Assembly: GCA_037379345.1 (NCBI GenBank)
Contig: CM074516.1
Span: forward strand, 49,079,626 to 49,143,625
DNA from: Perna viridis
Lineage: Eukaryota
Direction of reading: 5' to 3'
DNA: 64,000 nucleotides
Positions 1 through 13,082 of the stretch are shown here, piece by piece. The position numbers were made by a program, and so were the translations under genes. The stretch's first letter is position 1. Each line of letters begins with the position of its first letter. The notes beneath the pieces were generated by a model. That model saw nothing but the letters and a program-made list of their open reading frames with translations, was not told the origin of the DNA and searched no databases.

Positions 1-199
1 GAAAGAAGTAATACTCTATGCAATTATTTGGTTTTGTACTTATTACACAATTTGATTTCCTTCCTACCATATATTATTTTTCATTTCACCCTACATTGAA
101 GAACAAAGGTTTGTGAACCAATATAAAAGGTTTTCTTCCTGGAAATTGCACTAAACTCGTTAATGACTGTAACTTGTCATTATTGGTACTGGTACTTAC

Positions 200-3100
200 A
201 TTTTCAATGTCCTCTACAAGTTCATCAGGTAATGGAGACGCTGTCATAAAAATCCTGTTGAGTTTGTTAGCCGTTTTAGACAGGCATATTTGATCAGATG
301 ATTCACTGATAGTCTCCTTGTATGTCACCAGTGGTTGTGAAATCTGTTGGTATAAAATACAGACGTTTTCTTTCTTTTTTCATGGTGGATCATCGAGTTA
401 AATCATTTCTACACCTTAATTAAAGTTGAAGCATTGGAAATTGACAATATATTCATATGGAGTTCATCTACCCAGTAATGAAATTATAGGCGTTATGTTT
501 TCAGTACACATGTATATCAAGATAGCACATTTTAAAATGTGAAATCAATGTATTGTATAATATTTAACATACTAACCAATGCATGAACTTACGTTTAAGG
601 GCACACCAGCATGCTCATTTTCAAGATCTTTCAAACAAATCTCTAGATGGAGCTCTCCAGCCCCTGATACAATGTGTTGTCCCCCCTCTACAGTAACCTG
701 GACCAGGGGGTCAGATTTAGCCAGTCTCTTTACTCCCTCCACAAGCTTGGGTAAATCAGCTGCGTTCTGTACATCTACCGCTATTCTTACCACAGGACTA
801 ACAGAGAACTTCATCACCTGAAATAATTAGATGTAGTGGTTGGATTGACTTTGGTGTATTAATCTAGTATTTGACATAGGAAAAGGGACTTTGCTTCACA
901 TAAATACGACCGTTATGGTTATATTTGTTTTCTACATTCTGAATCAGTTCTATTTCATTGGGTTTTTTTACCCAAGAACTTATACAAATGTAACACACAT
1001 TTTAAAGTTAGCATCAATACAAAAACCGATTATACAAAAACTGCCAATATGTATGTTCGGTATGTGTAAACGTGTTTAAAGAATAAACTCTCATCAGTAG
1101 AATTCATACTAATTAACTCCATAGGAAAATCTAAATCCGAAATAAATCATATACAGGAAGCAGTCGAAGCCAAAACTGTCAAAATCTAGTAGGATAAATG
1201 AATTACCCGGTTACATACCTTCATGTTATGTGCATGTTCATATGTAGTTAGAGTTCCTGATCGTACGATATATTGGTCTATACCCGACAGCCCCACTACA
1301 CTGCCACACGGGACATCATGTATTCCCCCAGAAATACCAGATCCCATCATTATATTAATGCTGAAAAAAAACCATGATGAATAAAAATGTCTAGGTGGTA
1401 TAAACATGCAGTACTAATGTCGGGTATTGTGTTCATTTTACAAGGGAATGAAGTTATTTACAGACACAAGACAAGGTTTTTTTAAAATACATTTATGTGT
1501 ACCCTATTTTTATGCATTTTAAGTGTAAGTATTTGTAAGAATCAGGCAAAATAGGAAGAATCAGAAACATGCATGTCAAAACCCCACGGATCTGACAATA
1601 CAATATCACCCAAGGATACTTTCTCTATTTGAAAAAAAAAACATTATTTGATCTCTGCATCACTGGCTTAGCTCAGAAAGTTTTCAATAGAATGTCAGAA
1701 AAATGAGGTTTTTGACAGAGTTAGCTGCCCTTGAAATGTTCATTTTCAGTGCATTTCAATAAATTTTAACTGAATGCATCAACATTATATGGAAAATATT
1801 GCCTTCTTTCCTTGATTCTGATGGTGTAAACAGTCAAATTACACTATCAAAATGTTTTTTATACCATGTTTCACCCACTGCCAGATTCTTACAGAGACTG
1901 ACACTTAAAAAGTTCTCTTGATAATACTTGTGAGGCAATTATATCATTCAAAACTCAATGTCTTTTGAAAATCGCTCATATCTTAATTATTTTTTAACCA
2001 TATTTCCCTTACATAGATGATTATATTAATATAGTCCATCCACCGTATTTGTTCTATCAATCGTTTCTTGTGCACTTTCTTGTTACTATACTAGTGTTTT
2101 ACAACCATGCAACAAGCAATTGCGCGTACCTTGGAACTTTCTTCACCCATAAGTCTCTCTTTGCACCGGGTTGATAGTTCGGACCCATTATCCTGACCAT
2201 CTGTCCAGATGTTATTGTTCCAGAGAAAACTCTACCAAAAGCGTAAAACCTGCCCTTATTAAGTGATGGTACCATCTTTGAGATATACAGCATTAGAGGT
2301 CCTTCGGGGTTGCAGGTTTTCATTGCTGAAAAGGACAAAAAGTAATTCATATTTATAAACACCATCTGTCAAATCTATTATGTTTAAAGAACCTAGCTAA
2401 GCCTAAACTGAACTGAGGTTTTATTTAGTTACTCGTTAGGTTAGAATTAGGTTTATAACGTTGTTTATCAACATATATAAACTGTGCGCTTTCTTACCGA
2501 TTGCTGCTTCGTCGTCTTCAGGACCTTCATATAACAGTTCTGTACGGTATTTCTGTGAGGTGACGGGTGAAGGTAGATGTACAACAAACATTTCCAACAA
2601 AGCGTCATCAACTGGTAGCCATTTTTTCATCACAGTTCTCATCAGTGTCTTTCCTTCAGTTCCCATCTCCTCGGTTGTTAGACTGACTTTGATCTTCTGT
2701 ACCAACATCAACAACTCGGTCTTATCTTGGGCTTTCGTGGAATGAAGAATCTTAAAAAAAAACAAACACTACAATATCTTTTACAAAAATATGAGAGATG
2801 CTTGAATTTCTTAAAAACAAGATTTTAAACTGTTGCTTCGAGATTAAAGAGCAACCTATTATACAATAAGTCTTTGTTGAATTTGACAGTAAGCCGGATA
2901 TAAGAACCCAGTCGAAATAACATAAGAATCTTCTATTAGGCTTTACTCCATATAGTAGTTTATATACAAATACATTGTTAAGTAATTAAAGAGCTAATTG
3001 TAGTTAGTTAAACATACCCTATACAAGGGTTCCACCACAAACTTGTTGAAGCCACGGACACAGTTTTCTTCCTTTTCAGTGCACCATTTCTTTGTCACCG

Positions 3101-5179
3101 TGTTGTAGTAGTTATCTCCCCATAGTTTAGTTAGCATCTTTTCCTCTTTAACACCCAATTTCTCAGAATACATTTTGGCAAAACGCCTCAGGGTAAACCC
3201 CCATCGATGCAGACCAGAACCAAATGCAACATTGCACCTTGAAGGATCCACCTAAAAGATGAGAAGACACTTAAATTGTATACATCTGTTAAAATATTGT
3301 AATTCTCTAATAAGAGAAGCCTAAGCCTTTAAAAGAATGGAGAAAAAATACTCATGCTCTTCCGGTGTGTACTAGCATTTAGCCCCATTAGTGCAATTTT
3401 CAATAAAACTAAACAACTACAAGTTACTAGAGGTTCACTGGTTATAATACCTTCGTTAAGATTCGATTTACGGCGAGGTCACACACTGAGTGGCCAGAAT
3501 ATATAGCTAGTACAACATTGTATTAGATATTATATTTACCGTAAGGTCACCCATTGAGTTCTCAGAATATGTAGCTACCACCACATTGTAATGCTCTACA
3601 ACTCTCCGTAAAGTCTGGTACAGTTCCTCTGGTAAAAGTTGGGTCTCGAACACACATCTATCTATCTTGTTGATCATCAACACGGGCTTGATTCGCTCAC
3701 TTAGAGCCTGTCTCAGTACAGTTTCTGTCTGTACACAAACACCTACAATATCGAATCGAGTGTGTTTCATTTTGTAATTTTTGTGCGTGTGTGAATTGCA
3801 AATATTTCAATCAATGAACTACATAATACAAGCAAGTGAAACAAAAAAAACTATTTCAATATGTATAAAATAAATGTCCGACATTTAACAGAAAACCGCT
3901 GGATAAAAAGAGAAACATGCATCCTGGCCTCACGTGATATGCGCAGATTCAGAGATTTTGGTACAGGAGTTCCCACATTATATCGGTCATTTTTTTATCC
4001 CAAAATGCATGAAATAACAACATTTTTATACAAAAGAAGGTGTTCATGTAACCATTGGACCCCTGAGTCCGCCAATGCGTGATCAGATGATTAATCCTTA
4101 CCACTGATACTATCCACGACTACAAGTGCCCCGTCAGCTACCCTCAGTGCCGCCGTCACCTCAGAGGAGAAATCCACGTGACCAGGAGAATCAATTAGAT
4201 TGACAATATACTCATTAGATTCCTGCTTCTGGTATCTTAAAGGGAGAATTCTATGGTCCACATCATACAGCAAGGAAACCGCACTGAAATAGAAAGATTC
4301 CGGGTGTGATTAACGAGAACTTGTCGGGGTTTTTTGGGTATAAAGCTACAAAATGTAACTCCTTTCAGTAAAACTTAAAAACTTTTATATAGTGAGTAGC
4401 AAAAAAATGTTACTTTACGCTTTTTTCAAAAACTCGCACTCAAATTTACGAAATTGTACGCTGAAACTTCCGTCTGGAAGTAAGTTTGGTAGAAAACCTA
4501 TCACTGAAATACTTAAAAACAAGCGCAACAAACACAGAATTGAGATGAAGATAAATATAGACATGAAGAAGTATGTGTTTCAGTCAAAGGCGCCAGACTT
4601 AGCGTTTAATTCATTTCGCTAAAAGTTTACAACTTACGTTGATTTGATGGTTATTCCTTTTTCTTTTTCGTCAATCCTGGTATCCATGGCACATTTATCC
4701 CCCGCCTGGTGGGCAGCGATGAAGCCTGCCCTGGCCAAGAGGGAATCTGTCAAAGTTGTTTTACCATGGTCAACATGGGCAATTACAGCCATATTCCTGA
4801 TGTTCTGAGGGCGGTCCATGGCCCTCCTTAACTCTTCTACTGTAAACTTTACCTGCAATAGGTATGGATGTTTTTGCATTTCAAGATAATAACTTGCATG
4901 TGTTGTTCAGAGCTTTTATCTTATTTTGTATTTTCTGCATCGTAATAAGGAATAAAAATCACGCAAAACAAATCAAAAGATTTTCGTGCGTAAGCTATCT
5001 AATTATAACAAAACACACAACCAATTAATAAACTAAAACAAGAACTATAAAAATCTTTTTTTTTGTGCTATGAAATTATCCCCTCAATTTTTTCTTTGTG
5101 TTTTTGTACTGCCACTCAAATTTACCACGCTCTTTTATATTTGATAAGAAAATGCCTTCTAAATATAAGAACTTACCAT
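200..5179 (-). CDS. EEF2: Divergent eukaryotic elongation factor 2 paralog (eEF2-like); first 10 coding exons, 3' end lies outside the window
   Basis: Exons (minus strand, all GT-AG, frame consistent): 5177-5179 (ATG only), 4638-4852, 4102-4283, 3540-3742, 3018-3251, 2498-2750, 2130-2325, 1219-1360, 593-817, 200-343. Translation includes [130 protein letters not shown] and [15 protein letters not shown], all eEF2 signatures. The ATG-only first exon followed by 215- and 182-nt exons matches the EEF2 gene architecture as I recall it. Confidence 0.93.
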
Positions 5180-5313
5180 TTTTTTTTCAAAATTTCTCCT
5201 CTGAACTCGACTTAAGGCTCGTCCCTATCTAGGGATAAATTTTATTTCCACTTTTTTAAACTTTGAGCTTGACGCTCACATTGTTAAATGTCTACTTCAT
5301 ATCGACTAGTTCC

Positions 5314-5339
5314 TTTTTATAGCGGGGGTATTTCGCAAT
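5314..5339 (-). promoter_or_regulatory. Putative core promoter of the eEF2-like gene: TATA box with adjacent kB-like and C/EBP-like sites
   Basis: Minus-strand TATAAAAA at 5314-5321, about 135 nt upstream of the ATG. GGGGGTATTTC at 5324-5334 overlaps ATTTCGCAAT at 5330-5339 (1 mismatch to the C/EBP palindrome ATTGCGCAAT). Confidence 0.45.
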
Positions 5340-6459
5340 ACTCCACTATTGCACCATCGCTAGAAATTCACTTCGATCATCTCGAAGGTTAGCGTACAAA
5401 CCTAACGGTCGCGTACGTTCGGAATGTATTTAGACGTTAGCTTTAACAATGTATAATGTGTAATGTTCTTAAAATAGAATTTGTAATTCCCTTTTAAATA
5501 CTGTTTAGAAGAAAACGACTACTCAATTAAACAAATGCGTTCCCTTTAAGATACATTAACAGCGTCAAACAATGTCTATTCCAACATCTTCCTACACGTC
5601 AGACAACAAAATCAATTTGATGTGATAACATGTCTGCGAATAATCTAATGAAGAAATTTCTTCGGGCAGGATTACTTAAAGCCTTTTTTCGCTTATTTAT
5701 TATACCTAGGCAGTGAGCAAAATTTTGGCCATAAATAAGCAAACGATCCCTGGAACCCCATTATATAAATTCTGGACCCACCCCTGTTCACACAAAAATA
5801 TTACATGTATTTAAAAATTATGTAATATGCGCCCGTCTGTCATCCTCTTTAGCTGACAATATCACTGATTCATTGGGTTGCACTCGGCATAGGCCCCACT
5901 AAAATTGGGAAAATATTTTGCATGAAATCGTGATTTTTCGCTTGGTCTTAAATTGTATTCCCCACAACTGAAATCTTAAAGGTACTTTCCAGACCACATT
6001 TCGAAGGGACACTTTTGTGAGGGAATGTTGTTTAAAATAATTAACTGCTTGTCCCCTAATATTTTTTTTTTATTGTTACATTTATTTTAATTGGAATTTA
6101 TCAGAAAAAGTTTTCATGCACACTTTTCTTGGGAGTGGACTAAGCTAAAAATCATATATTTTGCTTGACGCTTGGATAGCCCCTTCATTTATGTACCACA
6201 TCCTTTAGACTTGGATTAAATATTCCACAGTTTAAAATCTTAAATGTGATTGATTTTTACTTAAACTGTGATGTCTGAGTGTCATTATGCAGGCACGCGC
6301 ATGGGGTATGTCAGCCAGCGTGCTCAATAAAGTTCTTTAATTTACCGATTTTCAGGAATACACACGATCCGACACAATCAAACAGTTTTCAGAAGGTTTA
6401 TACAGTTACAAAACGGAAATAACCAAGAACATGCAAACAAACAAACTCCATTTTTTAAT

Positions 6460-7090
6460 CAAATAAAAAGCTTTGCGGAGCACAGCATTATACGCTCGCG
6501 GCATGTGGAACTATGTTTGTGGACACAATATAAGTTTTTTTAACACACTTAAAGTATCAGGACTTCTAGTTTATTATGGACACAACAACTGGTTTACATA
6601 CAATATAATACAAAGTTCGGAATTCAATTGAAGGTGAAAAAAAAAGTTCTGCTCTAAAGGTACTTTTCAAAGACCATCGATCCCTGTAACTAAAAAGACA
6701 TAAAAGATGTAAATTTTGCAGAAAAACGCATGCAGGGATTTTCATAAAGAATAAAAAAAAAATAGAAAAGTAAAAAAAAAACAGCAAATCTCACTTGGTG
6801 ATACCCCCACTTCCCTCAAAGAAACCACATAAGATACTTAATAAGTGATTTAAGCATTCAGATAGGAAAACAAAAAAGATAAACAATGGCATCATGTAAT
6901 AAAGAATCCGTGAAAGTTTCATCAAGATACATTCAGTGGTTTCAGAGGAGTTGATGATTAGAAGAGGGCCCCAGGGTCTTTAAATGACAAAATCCATATT
7001 TTGCATTAAGAAAATCCGAAAGTCATTCAGATGGAAACCCAAAATAGGTGGCATTTTGTAATAAAGAATCTGAATTCAGTTATTTCAGAG
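6460..7090. mobile_element. Degraded Helentron/HINE-like non-autonomous element
   Basis: Two related internal units (..cattcagat..aaa..tggcat..tgtaataaagaatc..tggtttcagaggagttg), resembling the satellite-carrying elements found elsewhere in this window. Confidence 0.4.
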
Positions 7091-7685
7091 GAATTGTCCA
7101 TTACGACTCGTAAACCGTAAAAGATATCTGAAATCTGATTGAACAAGCAGGCAGGGATTTTTATAAAAAAAATCCATTTTTTTTTTAAATCGGACCAAAA
7201 AAAAAAAGATTTTTTTTTTTTTTTTTTTTTGCATTACCCCTTTTGGCAAGCAGGGATTTTTGATAAGGAATCCAATAAAAAATACTTCAAAATCGGGCCA
7301 AAAAAGGGTTGATTTTTTTTATGGCGTGGCCCAATTTCGTATCTTTTATGGTAAGTTCTCTCATTCTAAGCCGGTGATTTAAAATGCACACGAGTTTTTG
7401 GCCACTGAGCGGTGTTTCCCGCCATTTCACAGTTTCGAGTTTTCTGTAGACGAATGCTCCTTCAGCCTATTCTTGATATAAATCATTTCTCCACTCTCTA
7501 TGGTGAATTAAGATTTTTATCATGCTCGCTAAATCTCGCATGTTGAAAATTCAAATGCTACCATTTCGAGTGGAGAAATGATTTAAACCACTCATTACTA
7601 AAATGCGAATCTGTTTTTGTCAACGAAGCCACGACAGGGGCTGATATTGACCACCTAGGCATCACATGAAATAATATATTTTGCA

Positions 7686-7835
7686 GTCCGAGTTGCTCAT
7701 TTGCTTTTGTTACTTTGTATGTATGATTTTAGTTACTTTATGTTCTTTGTTGTGCATGTCTGTTTTCCATGTCTGGTCTTTGTCCTTGGATTACATTCGT
7801 TTGACCACCGCTATAACCTTGGTTTCCTTGATACT
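7686..7835 (+). mobile_element. 3' tail fragment of a Penelope-like retroelement family
   Basis: Closely matches the reverse complement of 30410-30562 and is related to 32440-32560 and 53875-53942. Confidence 0.65.
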
Positions 7836-8261
7836 CTTTCACACCACTGGGTCGATACCTCTGCTGGTGGATTTTGTCTCTTACAGAAGCAATCACAAGA
7901 ATCCGCGATCAAGATTTTAGGTACAGACCATAGTCTATGGGAAAGAGTGCAATGTCTTTTTTTAAATACCTTTCGAAGAGAACTTCAACTTAAAATCATA
8001 TAAGCAGTAATTTGAAGTACACGTATCATTGCAGTCATTTCATATTTTAAATCAAGAGTTAATTTGTAAAATATTGTAATGAAAACTTTTTTTAAAATCA
8101 TTTATGTACGATATGATTGTAACGTCTTCTTTGTGCTGAGTTAGCCAATGATGAATGGATAAACTATAATAATTTTGCTCTCTGTATTCCTATTGTTATT
8201 TGTTATCTTGATATACATAAACACATAACAATTAACGACACCTGCTCAAAACTATATAATA

Positions 8262-8525
8262 TATTATCGGTACTTGGAGCATAAGGATGACACAAGATCT
8301 CGCCTTTCAACTCCGTTCTTTGCCTGGTTCTCAGCCACTCCTAATGTCATCTTAAGCTCTTTCAATTCTCCCTCAACAGTCCTACGCCAGGTTGTTTTTT
8401 GGTCTTCCTACTGGCCGTTTCCCTTGTGGTGTCCATCTTAGGGCTGTTTTGCTGATGCTTGATCCTTCCATCCTAAAGACATGTCCAAGCCATCTAAATC
8501 TCTTTTGCGTTATTTCATCAATGAA
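8262..8525 (-). mobile_element. RTE-clade LINE 3' fragment
   Basis: Minus-strand translation DEITQKRFRWLGHVFRMEGSSISKTALRWTPQGKRPVGRPK/(frameshift)TTWRRTVEGELKE..SLCS is the typical RTE ORF C-terminus (RW.GHV.R..ALRWTP.GKR..GRPK.TWRR). Confidence 0.75.
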
Positions 8526-10495
8526 CTTGTTAATTCACAGAATCAGCCATTGAACAAATATATGGAGTCCAAAAGTACTGAAGGATATAAGTTGTTTGAT
8601 TACCCTTTAGAGTCTCCCAGAACTGCTCCTTATCGAGATTATGTTATTAACTGTATTTAGAAGAGGTGACAGAACCCAGCCTTTGGGTAATCGGATAGAC
8701 CTCGTATGGTCATATAATTCACATTAATGGTAATTAGACAGCAAAAATGACAAATTTACATGCTTCGACAGAATTTAACAGTGGTTTAGCTACGAAATCC
8801 TACAATGCACTTAGATGACTTGAGAGAACCCTAATTTTAAAGTTTTTTAGACGTGTAAAAATATTTGGTTCAATCGTATGATAAGAGAAGCAAATGCTGT
8901 GTAGTGAAATTGGTGAAACAGAAAAAAAACATGGGAGATTGATTTAACATTTATCTTTAAAAAAAAGTTATGAAATGAGTAAACTTTCTCCCATTGATCA
9001 TGTCTAGGTGTCATGACTACTCGGTTTATAAACTATCTTTTAAAAAAAGTTTCGTGTCTCACAGCTAAAAACATCAACAAGAAATCTGAGAGCAATGGCT
9101 TAATACTGATTTCCCCGCTTAAAACCACGATATAAGGAAAAGAAACAAAATCCTCAGTAAACAGGAAGTTGTTGGCGATTTTTTTTTTTAAATAAATACC
9201 ACCAAATGCCATACCTACAGGAAGAATGTTTCAAGATTTCAAGATGTTTTGATGAGTAGTTGCTAAGAAAACTGTGACGTCCGCAAAAATACTTTCCCTA
9301 TGTTAATATAATACAATTTATGTACGTATTTATGACAGAGCCAGGTCGAGACGCATATATTTTTGATTTTTGATTTTTTTAATGCATACTTGACAAAACT
9401 TGAACATTTCTCATTCCGCTTTTTTTGGTGACATTTCAGGACCACATATCTTGCTAGGGTTGATAAATATGCTGCTGACTTCATTTGTTTTCTTCACTGT
9501 TTCCCGCTAATAAAATTTGAACGCCAAACTTTTTCGTTATTTGTTTGAACGTTAAAACTTCTCAAACAATAACACTCGTCTATTGCCTTATAGGTAATGT
9601 ATACATATTTTAACAGAGATTTGTCGTGAATTTAATTGCTTAATTTTGTCGATGATTTTTTTTTATTCGTCATTTCTTTTTTGTTCTTCTGTATATGGAC
9701 ATGGCTTTCAAAATACTGTAGGCGCTCCTAATTTCGGTTAAGAGTGATCGACTTTTCTACGTATTTTTTCTGGTTTCAATAATCATGGTAATCGTTATTC
9801 CGCCCGAGATATTTAGATATTGCTTTCAAAATCCTTAATAAATTATTTCAGTTACGTATCGTGTTGCTGCTATATATAAAGAGTTTTTTTTATCAGTATT
9901 ACGTTTTTTTTTTGTGCTTAAATACACTTCAAGTCAGAATATGGATGTCAAAATAAAATAAATTTACTAATGACAGTTTTAAAATCAACATTGTAATAGA
10001 CATGATGACAGTTTTTAACAAAGCATGCTAGATTAATGTGAGTGATATTCGCTTGCACTGTGAATGGCGTAACCCAACCCTTGGCTGTCAAGTTCTGTCC
10101 CACGGGTAATGGCATATCCCGACCTTACGCTGTTAATTTCTGTCCGCGGCTGATTGTTGTTGCAGTCACAGTCTTCATTTGAACAGTCACTACAACCCTG
10201 TTTGGTTGACTTCCTCCAGCTATCCCACGTGGACTTTGTCAGCTGTATAAATTGCTGGGCCAGGTAGATGAATGCGAAATGGAAAAGTGGCTCCTGAAGT
10301 CAAAGCTTGTATTGAATTTCCGTTTCAACGTATTAATTGTTATTATTTAAAATAAATCATTTTAATTTTTTGACAGAAAACAAAAGAACCGGGGACCGCG
10401 TGCACATTTAAACTATGCTAGTGAAACACTTCTGAGTATGTTAAGTTCTCATCAAAATTGGTGACACAAATAAAAGGACGGAAATCAATGATAGT

Positions 10496-12678
10496 TCACT
10501 TTAGTATGTTAACTTTGAACGTTTGAAATGCTATACTTACAGTATCATTTCCATAGAAAGAAAAATTTCTTTGCACTTCTTTGCTGCTGAATGACTTCTC
10601 TAAGTCACAAAGGCCTTTAGATATGCTTTCATTCAGATTATCTACCCTAAAACTGTTTAAACTCGTGATGGTTCTGTCCGTTGTGTAGTTATAAAGACCA
10701 CCAAACCAAGAAAAACTGTTATCAAGAAACCTCTTAAAACTAGGTTCGTCTGGTTCATCGAGAAAGCTAAACGGGTCAACTTTCCGATCCGTTTTATTTT
10801 CATCACACATTAACGACAAATCACTGGAATCTGAGATGAAGCTGGAGCTTGCGCGTGGTGGTCCTATTTCGTAACCTTCATCGTCATCTAACAACAATTC
10901 TGTACTCTCTGTATCTATGTTTGATTCATCTTGGTTGTTGTATACATTTTCTATTTCCTGGTCTTGATTTAAATCCCTTTTATTCGGCAACATCTGCTGT
11001 TCATTAACACTGTCCAGACCAAATGCATTTGCCTCGCAAACAATTATATTGCCATGTTTACGGACACTCTGGTGTAGATGATCAACGCAGTTGGGCTTAA
11101 TACACAGAAGAGCATTAATGACATTTTCTGGTATAATGTCATGTCTCATATCAAATGTACGTAATCCGTTTTGCTTTTGATGTTTGAATGAAATAAGTTT
11201 ACAACTCTCGTGGGTTACTACGTTATAGATTCCACCGTCGCCGGCACAGTGTTGCATTTTCTTCACAATTACTTGACCTTGTTTAGATAAATGATATTTC
11301 TTTAGCTTTTTGGTTTTCCTTAGTTTGTCGCTTTCCTTACTCTGTGATTGAATGACCGGGGATGATTTCGGTGCATTTGGTCTTTTTCCTTGGAGTCTTT
11401 GTGTGTGCATGCCGCCGATTCTTACTACAAAAGGGCAACACACATAAAACGTTGATTTTATAGTTTAATTTTTCATGAACAAGGTAAGTTTTAATGGGGA
11501 ATTTAAAATCGGTCATGGGTTCTTTTGTGTTTTTCATTTTATACAACGTACATGTAGTAATAGGTATAATTTAAGGAAAGATCTAAGTTTGTTCTCGAAG
11601 TTCTTTTAATAACAATTCAACGTGTAAAAACTTTAAGGGTGAAATTTGAAACGAGTTCACTACTTGTTGTTTTAAACTTGCTAAGAACTCTACTTTTACC
11701 ACCTCGTTGTCTTTGTAAATTCTTTCTTCTTTTCATCTTCAAAAGGAGCAAAATTCCTAGACAAGTTACTGGAAGTGTGAAACAAAACCTGCAATAGTCA
11801 TATTCCGGCAAAAATGACTGCAAACGCTCGATGGAAATGGACACTGCAAAGAAAAATCCAAATACAAGTTTAGTTTTCAGAACAAAATAAGAAAGGAAAT
11901 GGCTTATGCATGAACGATTGATATTTAGATTAAAAACCAAAAAAAAATAAAATAAAATAAAAAAGACTTTTTTCCGTTCGAAGTATATAAAACTGAAAAA
12001 TAACAGTCAGCTGTTGTTATCGTACGGACGAACGGAGTCAAGAGAATGCTAAACCTGCTTTACTGGTGATCAAGCAGGCTAGAATATCACTTGACCAAAT
12101 ATTTTCTTTCTCGAAGAATCACGAAAGATAAGTAATTGCCCTTGACGAGAATTTCAACTTACGCCCCATATTGTCCATGGTAGCAGCCACAGTACTTGAA
12201 AATGTGTCTTTCTCGGGTTGATGATTTTCCCATTTGTCACAAAGTTCACATGGTATCTCATTGTATTCTTGCTGCTTATCACAATACTGACAATCTGGTA
12301 AAGAATCTAATCCGGACAACCACAGAAATAAATCCAATCCAAATAGGTTGTCTTTCGTACTAAAAGAACGTTGAACATTAAAACATTGTAGTTTAACTTT
12401 ACTTAACGGGTTCTATATATAGGTGTTTTATTCATATCTGGGTAATTACAAGTATTATCATCATAATATTTAGTCCGTGTTCAATAATGAATTAAATATT
12501 GTTTCTTCACAAGTTCAAGTGCAGCTTTGCGATCCCTAACTATCAGGTTTATATCGATCAGGCTTATATATTTATACTGAAAAAATAGAAAGAAAATGAA
12601 AATTTTAAATTCTTACCTAGTTCCTTGAAATCTTCCTAGAAACACGAGACAAATTAACAAAATAGAATAAAACTTCAT
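10496..12678 (-). CDS. Uncharacterised predicted single-pass (type I) membrane protein, about 443 aa, 4 exons
   Basis: Exons 12617-12678, 12163-12359, 11700-11843 and 10496-11424 join via GT-AG sites in compatible phases (2,1,1), 1332 nt in total. Features: signal-peptide-like MKFYSILLICLVFLGRFQGTS, CQYC..CELC ectodomain, hydrophobic FCFTLPVTCLGILLLL followed by KMKRRK, and a long polar tail. An alternative donor (ACT|gtaagt) at 10541 may give a different C-terminus. Confidence 0.65.
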
Positions 12679-13082
12679 TGCGATTGTGTTGCTCTCATCC
12701 CATTACGTTTGCTACGTCTGTCAACCATCTTGCTTGTTTCGTGACGTTATCTCACTATGGAAAGTTTATGACGTCGTTGCGATTATTTCGGTTACATACG
12801 GTACTGGTGATTTTGTGGGGGGGGGGGGGGGTTACAGTCTTGACTATCCTTACGGATCTCGCACGACCGCCCTTTACGGGAATTCTGTTAGTAATGCCAG
12901 TTAGTAGTAGAAGGTAGCGGAGCCCATCCTTCGTCAGTCAGAGTATGTCCTTACTAGCGGCTGGGCAGCTGTGTTGACGCTCTGGCCTACTCCCAGACTC
13001 CACGTGGGCCCGAGAGCGTTTCTCCACTTGGGAGTACGTCAACGTGTAGAGTGAATTACGGTACTTGGTAATGGCATGCAGG

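Noticed and set aside
200-5179. EFL1/EFTUD1 or EFTUD2 identity
   Set aside because: MDTR, GITI and GKTT superficially recall EFL1, but the MVKFT N-terminus, [33 protein letters not shown] and the exon sizes are eEF2-type; there is no acidic EFTUD2 N-terminal extension.
5879-5885. Metal response element TGCACTC upstream of the eEF2-like gene
   Set aside because: A single 7-bp core is expected by chance; no MRE cluster was seen.
12900-12960. Hammerhead ribozyme upstream of the Penelope element (minus-strand CTGACGA)
   Set aside because: No stem II followed by GAAA, and no stem I/III pairing.
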